Assembly (NCBI GenBank): GCA_017958565.1 | Contig: JAGDCJ010000039.1 | Location: 1-50,168, forward strand | DNA: 50,168 nucleotides | Direction of reading: 5' to 3' | From: Opitutales bacterium | Lineage (GTDB): Bacteria > Verrucomicrobiota > Verrucomicrobiia > Opitutales > UBA9783 | Part shown: piece by piece, positions 46,143 through 50,168 of the stretch | Layout: every line of letters starts with the position of its first letter | Numbering within the stretch: position 1 is the first letter of the stretch | The notes under the pieces: model-generated | Database searches by the model: none | Seen by the model: the letters and a program-made list of their open reading frames with translations, nothing else | What the model was told of the DNA's origin: nothing | Program-made: the position numbers and the translations under genes

Positions 46143-46627
46143 ACATTCTTTTTCTTTTGTGCGGATGGCTGGTGGTTTTCGAAAAACAAGCCAGCTGGAT
46201 TCCACACCTACCTTTACCGGCTCAACCGGTACTGTTATACCCACAGAATACGCCCTTTTTTACGTTTTATGAACTCCGTTTGACGGAAAAAGAAATTTTT
46301 GATCTTCGCCCAGATGCCATCCAAACCGATTACAATTTTTCCATTTATTCCTCTCCCAAACAGCCGATTTCTTCTCTCCGAACAACCATTGAGGATCGTT
46401 TATACGCTTCGCTTCCTTCTTTTGAAACATTACCCGATACTCTCCCTCATGCTACGTTTCAACCCAATGATTTTTCTCCGATCCCATGGCCACACCCACC
46501 GCTTGCTTCGTATGCAAAAACCCGTGAGGAAGCTTCTTCCTCTTTCTTTCCAACCGATTCCTCTGCTTATTCGCAAACAGGAAGCACCGGATTATCCAGC
46601 CGCATTTTTGACGGCAAAGAAAATTAA
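46139..46627 (+). CDS. hypothetical Pro/Ser-rich membrane-anchored protein in the TolA/TonB position
   Basis: ATGA overlap with the exbD-like gene. It has an N-terminal TM (ILFLLCGWLVVF) and a Pro-rich region. I recognise no TonB C-terminal motif. Confidence 0.45.
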   Translation: MNILFLLCGWLVVFEKQASWIPHLPLPAQPVLLYPQNTPFFTFYELRLTEKEIFDLRPDAIQTDYNFSIYSSPKQPISSLRTTIEDRLYASLPSFETLPDTLPHATFQPNDFSPIPWPHPPLASYAKTREEASSSFFPTDSSAYSQTGSTGLSSRIFDGKEN

Positions 46628-46631
46628 AAAA

Positions 46632-48470
46632 TTATTTTTGCATCGATTCCGGCAATTGCCGCGTTTCGATTTCTTTTCTCAAAATCTCGAAAATGGTTTC
46701 GAGCGAATAAGAACCCTTGTGGCTGGGTTGACAACGCGAACGAACCGAAACCGTCTTCCCTTCTTTTTCTTTTCTCCCAACCACCCACACGTAAGGAACT
46801 TTTTCTGCTTCCGCTGCTCGAATTTTTGCATTTAACGTTTCCGATCGATCATCGACCGAAACACGAATATTCTTTTGCTTACACTGTGCAGATAATTCTC
46901 TCGCGTAGGGAATCACGTCCTCCTGAATCGGCAAGATACGCACTTGCTCGGGGGATAACCATAAGGGGAAATCACCGCCAAAATGCTCGATGAGCAACCC
47001 GCAGAATCGTTCCATAGAACCAAACGGCGCTCGGTGAATCATAATCGGTATATGCGGTTGATTATCCGCACCTATATAATGGATATGAAAACGATAAGGT
47101 AAATGGTAATCGATTTGGATGGTTCCCAACTGCCATTCGCGACCCAACACATCTCGAACGATAAAATCCAACTTGGGGCCATAAAAAGCCGCCTCTCCTA
47201 TCGCTTCTGTCACCGGTTGCGTGCATTGTTTCGCTGCTTTTCGCAAACCGTTTTCTGCTTTTTCCCACAACGACTTTTCTCCAATGTACTTGTCCGATTT
47301 TGGATCGCGTAGCGAAATGCGCACACGATAATCGCTCATTCCTAAGGTGGTAAAAATGGTATGAATCAATTGCAAACAGCCAGACAACTCATCTTCCAAT
47401 TGATCTTCTCGGCAAAAAATATGCGCATCATCTTGCGTAAAACCACGCACGCGCGTAAGGCCACTTAACTCCCCCGATTGCTCCCAACGATACACCGTTC
47501 CAAACTCCGCCATACGAATCGGTAATTCTCGGTATGAACGAGGTTGCGAAGCGTATAACCGCACGTGCATGGGGCAATTAATCGGCTTTAACAAAAATCC
47601 ATCGACCGTTGCATTTTCCTCTAACCGCTGCCGAAGCTCTTCGCACGAACGAGAGGCTTGAAACGCTTTTTCTAAACTATCTCGCTCCCAAATTGGCGCA
47701 AATTGAGATTCTTTGTAATACGGGTAATGACCGGATGTTTTAAACAAATCGAGTTTCCCAATGTGGGGCGTCATCACCTGCACATAATCTTGGCGATTCA
47801 ACTCCTCCTCCAAAAACGCTTGCAATTGTTTTCGTAAAATCGTTCCTTTGGGCGTCCATAAAATCAAGCCTGGCCCTACCATTTCATCGATCACAAACAA
47901 GTTTAATGCAACGCCTAACTTGCGATGATCGCGCTTTTTTGCTTGTTCCAATTGCTGCAAATAGGCTTCCAAATCTTTTTCGGAAAAAAAAGCCGTTCCA
48001 TAAATACGCTGCAGTTGTTGTCGATGCTCATCCCCTCGGTAATAACAGCCGGCAATGGACAGCAATTTAATAGCCGGAATGCATCCGGTTCGTTCCACAT
48101 GAGGCCCTCGGCACAAATCCAAAAACTCTCCATTGCGGTATAAAGAAACCGTTTCTCCTTCCGGGATATCCGCCAATCGTTCACATTTGTACGGTTGATG
48201 TAGCCGCTCCATCTGCCGCTTGGCCTCTTCTCGAGAAACTTCTATCCGTTCAAACGGTTGGTTTTCCGATAAAATCCGCTTCATTTCCGCTTCAATCGCT
48301 TCCAGATCCTTCATGGTTAAGGTTCGCGGCAAATCAAAATCGTAATAAAACCCATTTTCGATCGCTGGACCGATATCACACTTTGCTCCGGGAAATAAAC
48401 GCAACACAGCCGCTGCCAATACGTGGGCTGCTGAATGCCGCAATTGCGATAAATCTGAGGAAGAAGCCAT
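46632..48470 (-). CDS. thrS: threonyl-tRNA synthetase (no N-terminal TGS domain)
   Basis: 612 aa. The editing-domain motif HSAAHVL is already at residues 12-18. Class II core (FRWEQSGELSGLTRVRGFTQDDAHIF, YGPKLDF, HRAPFGSMERF) and an anticodon-binding domain follow. Confidence 0.93.
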   Translation of the reverse strand: MASSSDLSQLRHSAAHVLAAAVLRLFPGAKCDIGPAIENGFYYDFDLPRTLTMKDLEAIEAEMKRILSENQPFERIEVSREEAKRQMERLHQPYKCERLADIPEGETVSLYRNGEFLDLCRGPHVERTGCIPAIKLLSIAGCYYRGDEHRQQLQRIYGTAFFSEKDLEAYLQQLEQAKKRDHRKLGVALNLFVIDEMVGPGLILWTPKGTILRKQLQAFLEEELNRQDYVQVMTPHIGKLDLFKTSGHYPYYKESQFAPIWERDSLEKAFQASRSCEELRQRLEENATVDGFLLKPINCPMHVRLYASQPRSYRELPIRMAEFGTVYRWEQSGELSGLTRVRGFTQDDAHIFCREDQLEDELSGCLQLIHTIFTTLGMSDYRVRISLRDPKSDKYIGEKSLWEKAENGLRKAAKQCTQPVTEAIGEAAFYGPKLDFIVRDVLGREWQLGTIQIDYHLPYRFHIHYIGADNQPHIPIMIHRAPFGSMERFCGLLIEHFGGDFPLWLSPEQVRILPIQEDVIPYARELSAQCKQKNIRVSVDDRSETLNAKIRAAEAEKVPYVWVVGRKEKEGKTVSVRSRCQPSHKGSYSLETIFEILRKEIETRQLPESMQK

Positions 48471-48531
48471 CCTCCTTTGATGAGATAAATCGAGAAAAAA
48501 AGCAAGAAAAACTAACGCAAATGTTTAAATT

Positions 48532-50168
48532 TTATTCAAACGCAGCGAGTGTTTTTTTTATCAGCGGTTCCAAAAGCTCCCGTGCATATTTGCAACCTGG
48601 ATGAAATTGCATTTCCACCTCCATCTCTAAACTTTTCGGAACAAAAAAAGAATTTTGTCTTGAAAGGGATCGCAAGCAATGGTTGATCGGAACAAGGGTG
48701 GCGATTTGAAAGGTAGGCGCTGCTCCTCCATGCCATCGCAAAGCATCGGTACTATACTGTCGTAAATCAAGTTGATAAAACGGATATAAAAGAGTTCCCT
48801 GGTTTAGGTTTTGCATCCAATAATTCCAAGAACCACAAAAATTTTCGTCACACCATCGATTTTTTTCTTGGTTCCATGATCGACTCTCTACCAATTCTGG
48901 ATGGTTGTGCTCGGTTTGTTGAAACAATTCCATTACTGCCCTTCGTAACTCCGGATGATTCTGGAACATAAGAAGGAGTCTTTTCTGTGAAAAAATGACC
49001 ATTGGCATCGCGTACGCTGTTTGCGCAACCCATTCTTGATACAAGGCGGTACTTCCATATATACGCAAAAGCTCGAGCAATTGCGCGTAGGCAAAAGTAT
49101 GATACGGTACGCACAAAACAGCTTGCGTGTAATAACGTACCGCTTTCAGAATGTTCCCAATGGTTGCATACAAAGCACCGCATGTTTCTAATATATCCAC
49201 TTGATGGGGATTGATTTGCAGAGATGTTTCGTAATACGAGAGTGCATGTTGCATACCTTCCTTGGAATAGGGGAACGCCTCACGCGTTTTTGCATACCCC
49301 CCGTGATTCCAATAAAATATCTGTTTCGGATCTGCTCGCAACGCACGTTGCAGATCAACCTCCGCGGATTTGTCCCCTGCGTCCGTTTTTTGAACAAAGC
49401 GATCGAAAGCACACCGGCCTTTACATTCGCAAATGCTTCCATATCCACAAACTATAGCTACAGCACTTACCAAATATTTTAAAATGGTAGCTTGTTGCAA
49501 ACACTCTTGTGATCTTTTTCGAACATCCGATAAAAACCAAAGAAAACCGATGATCCAACCGACCCATCCGGCTAAGGCCCATGCTTCAAAAGTATCCTCA
49601 CTATTGGTGCTCAAATAAGCCAAGAAACTCGTGAAACATCCAAAAATCAAACATTTTTGCTGGCGTGAAAAAGAAGCCGATCGTAAAAGGCGGCAACTTC
49701 CATAGAAAACCGTTCCTAAGATCGCAAAAAACGCTACTCCCCCCACCCATCCAAATTCGATCAAAAATTGGACAGGAGCTACATGCAATTGCCAAAAATG
49801 ATACACTTCCTCTGGCTGGGATTCTAAATAGTGCAATGGTGTTGTCGTAATTCCATGACCAAACCAAGGTTTGCTCTGCACGATTTTCCACCCATCTTGC
49901 GCCAAAACAAACCGTGCTTCATGGAAATTCCTTCTGTGTTTTATAGTACTAATTGATATTTTTACACGAGGGATCGAACAACAACATCGATAGATTCCAA
50001 AAAACACAACCATGAACAAAATCAATGTCGTCCATCGTTTTCGATAAAAATTTTTACATAAAACATACGCACACCATACAAATAAGGTGCACCCGGTAAC
50101 CATCCATGCCATCCGACCGCTTGATATAAACACGATTGTACCTGCGTATACCGCTCCTAGTATCCAAA
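48532..50168 (-). CDS. O-antigen ligase (Wzy_C)-like membrane domain fused to C-terminal TPR repeats (partial; 5' end beyond window)
   Basis: The frame stays open from 50133 to the window edge (…WILGAVYAGTIVFISSG…), so the GTG at 50133 is probably internal. TM segments with a WFGHG-type loop are followed by TPR-like repeats (YYETSLQINPHQVD..., AVRYYTQAVL...). Confidence 0.65.
   Translation of the reverse strand, partial: WILGAVYAGTIVFISSGRMAWMVTGCTLFVWCAYVLCKNFYRKRWTTLILFMVVFFGIYRCCCSIPRVKISISTIKHRRNFHEARFVLAQDGWKIVQSKPWFGHGITTTPLHYLESQPEEVYHFWQLHVAPVQFLIEFGWVGGVAFFAILGTVFYGSCRLLRSASFSRQQKCLIFGCFTSFLAYLSTNSEDTFEAWALAGWVGWIIGFLWFLSDVRKRSQECLQQATILKYLVSAVAIVCGYGSICECKGRCAFDRFVQKTDAGDKSAEVDLQRALRADPKQIFYWNHGGYAKTREAFPYSKEGMQHALSYYETSLQINPHQVDILETCGALYATIGNILKAVRYYTQAVLCVPYHTFAYAQLLELLRIYGSTALYQEWVAQTAYAMPMVIFSQKRLLLMFQNHPELRRAVMELFQQTEHNHPELVESRSWNQEKNRWCDENFCGSWNYWMQNLNQGTLLYPFYQLDLRQYSTDALRWHGGAAPTFQIATLVPINHCLRSLSRQNSFFVPKSLEMEVEMQFHPGCKYARELLEPLIKKTLAAFE

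Noticed and set aside
1-50168. Looked for CRISPR arrays, IS elements/transposases, integrases, rRNA genes, tmRNA, RNase P RNA and SRP RNA signatures, and long dispersed repeats.
   Set aside because: I saw no regularly spaced direct repeats, no transposase- or integrase-like ORFs, and none of the conserved ncRNA core sequences I know by eye. A computational scan (Infernal/Rfam, self-dot-plot) would be needed to be certain.

Overview
This 50.2-kb window looks like a core chromosomal segment of a diderm (Gram-negative-type) bacterium of moderate GC, roughly 45-50% judging from hand counts of a few 60-nt lines. Phylum is not determinable from this window alone. It is densely packed with housekeeping genes: pgm(partial)-pgi-glgP sugar/glycogen genes, xth, ComEC, ribF-truB-nrnA, sufCBD plus a DUF59 gene, an M50 protease, and a LysM-ftsW-murG-gspF block. 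These are followed by thyA-folA, dnaA, mpg, ruvC, trpB, a membrane pyrophosphatase, serS, a Mip-like FKBP and plsC with a sigma-54 response regulator. The right end holds dCMP deaminase, algH, nhaC, rpmF-plsX-fabH, a TPR lipoprotein with a TolQ/ExbD-like operon, thrS and a partial O-antigen-ligase-like/TPR gene. Five tRNA genes are present, all encoding 3'-CCA: Pro-CGG, Ser-GGA, Lys-CTT, Thr-TGT and Leu-GAG. Gene orientation flips at the dnaA upstream spacer (25315-25609), which carries degenerate DnaA boxes and is a candidate oriC. The only clearly accessory DNA is a ~2-kb AT-rich islet (27664-29703) wedged between the 3' ends of tRNA-Pro and tRNA-Ser. It encodes a P2-Old-like ABC-ATPase + Toprim nuclease whose reading frame is broken by one in-frame TAG. 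A second AT-rich segment (11039-12850) encodes an orphan 603-aa secreted coiled-coil protein. I saw no CRISPR array, transposase, integrase or rRNA. All calls come from reading the ORF translations and sequence by eye; no database search was possible.
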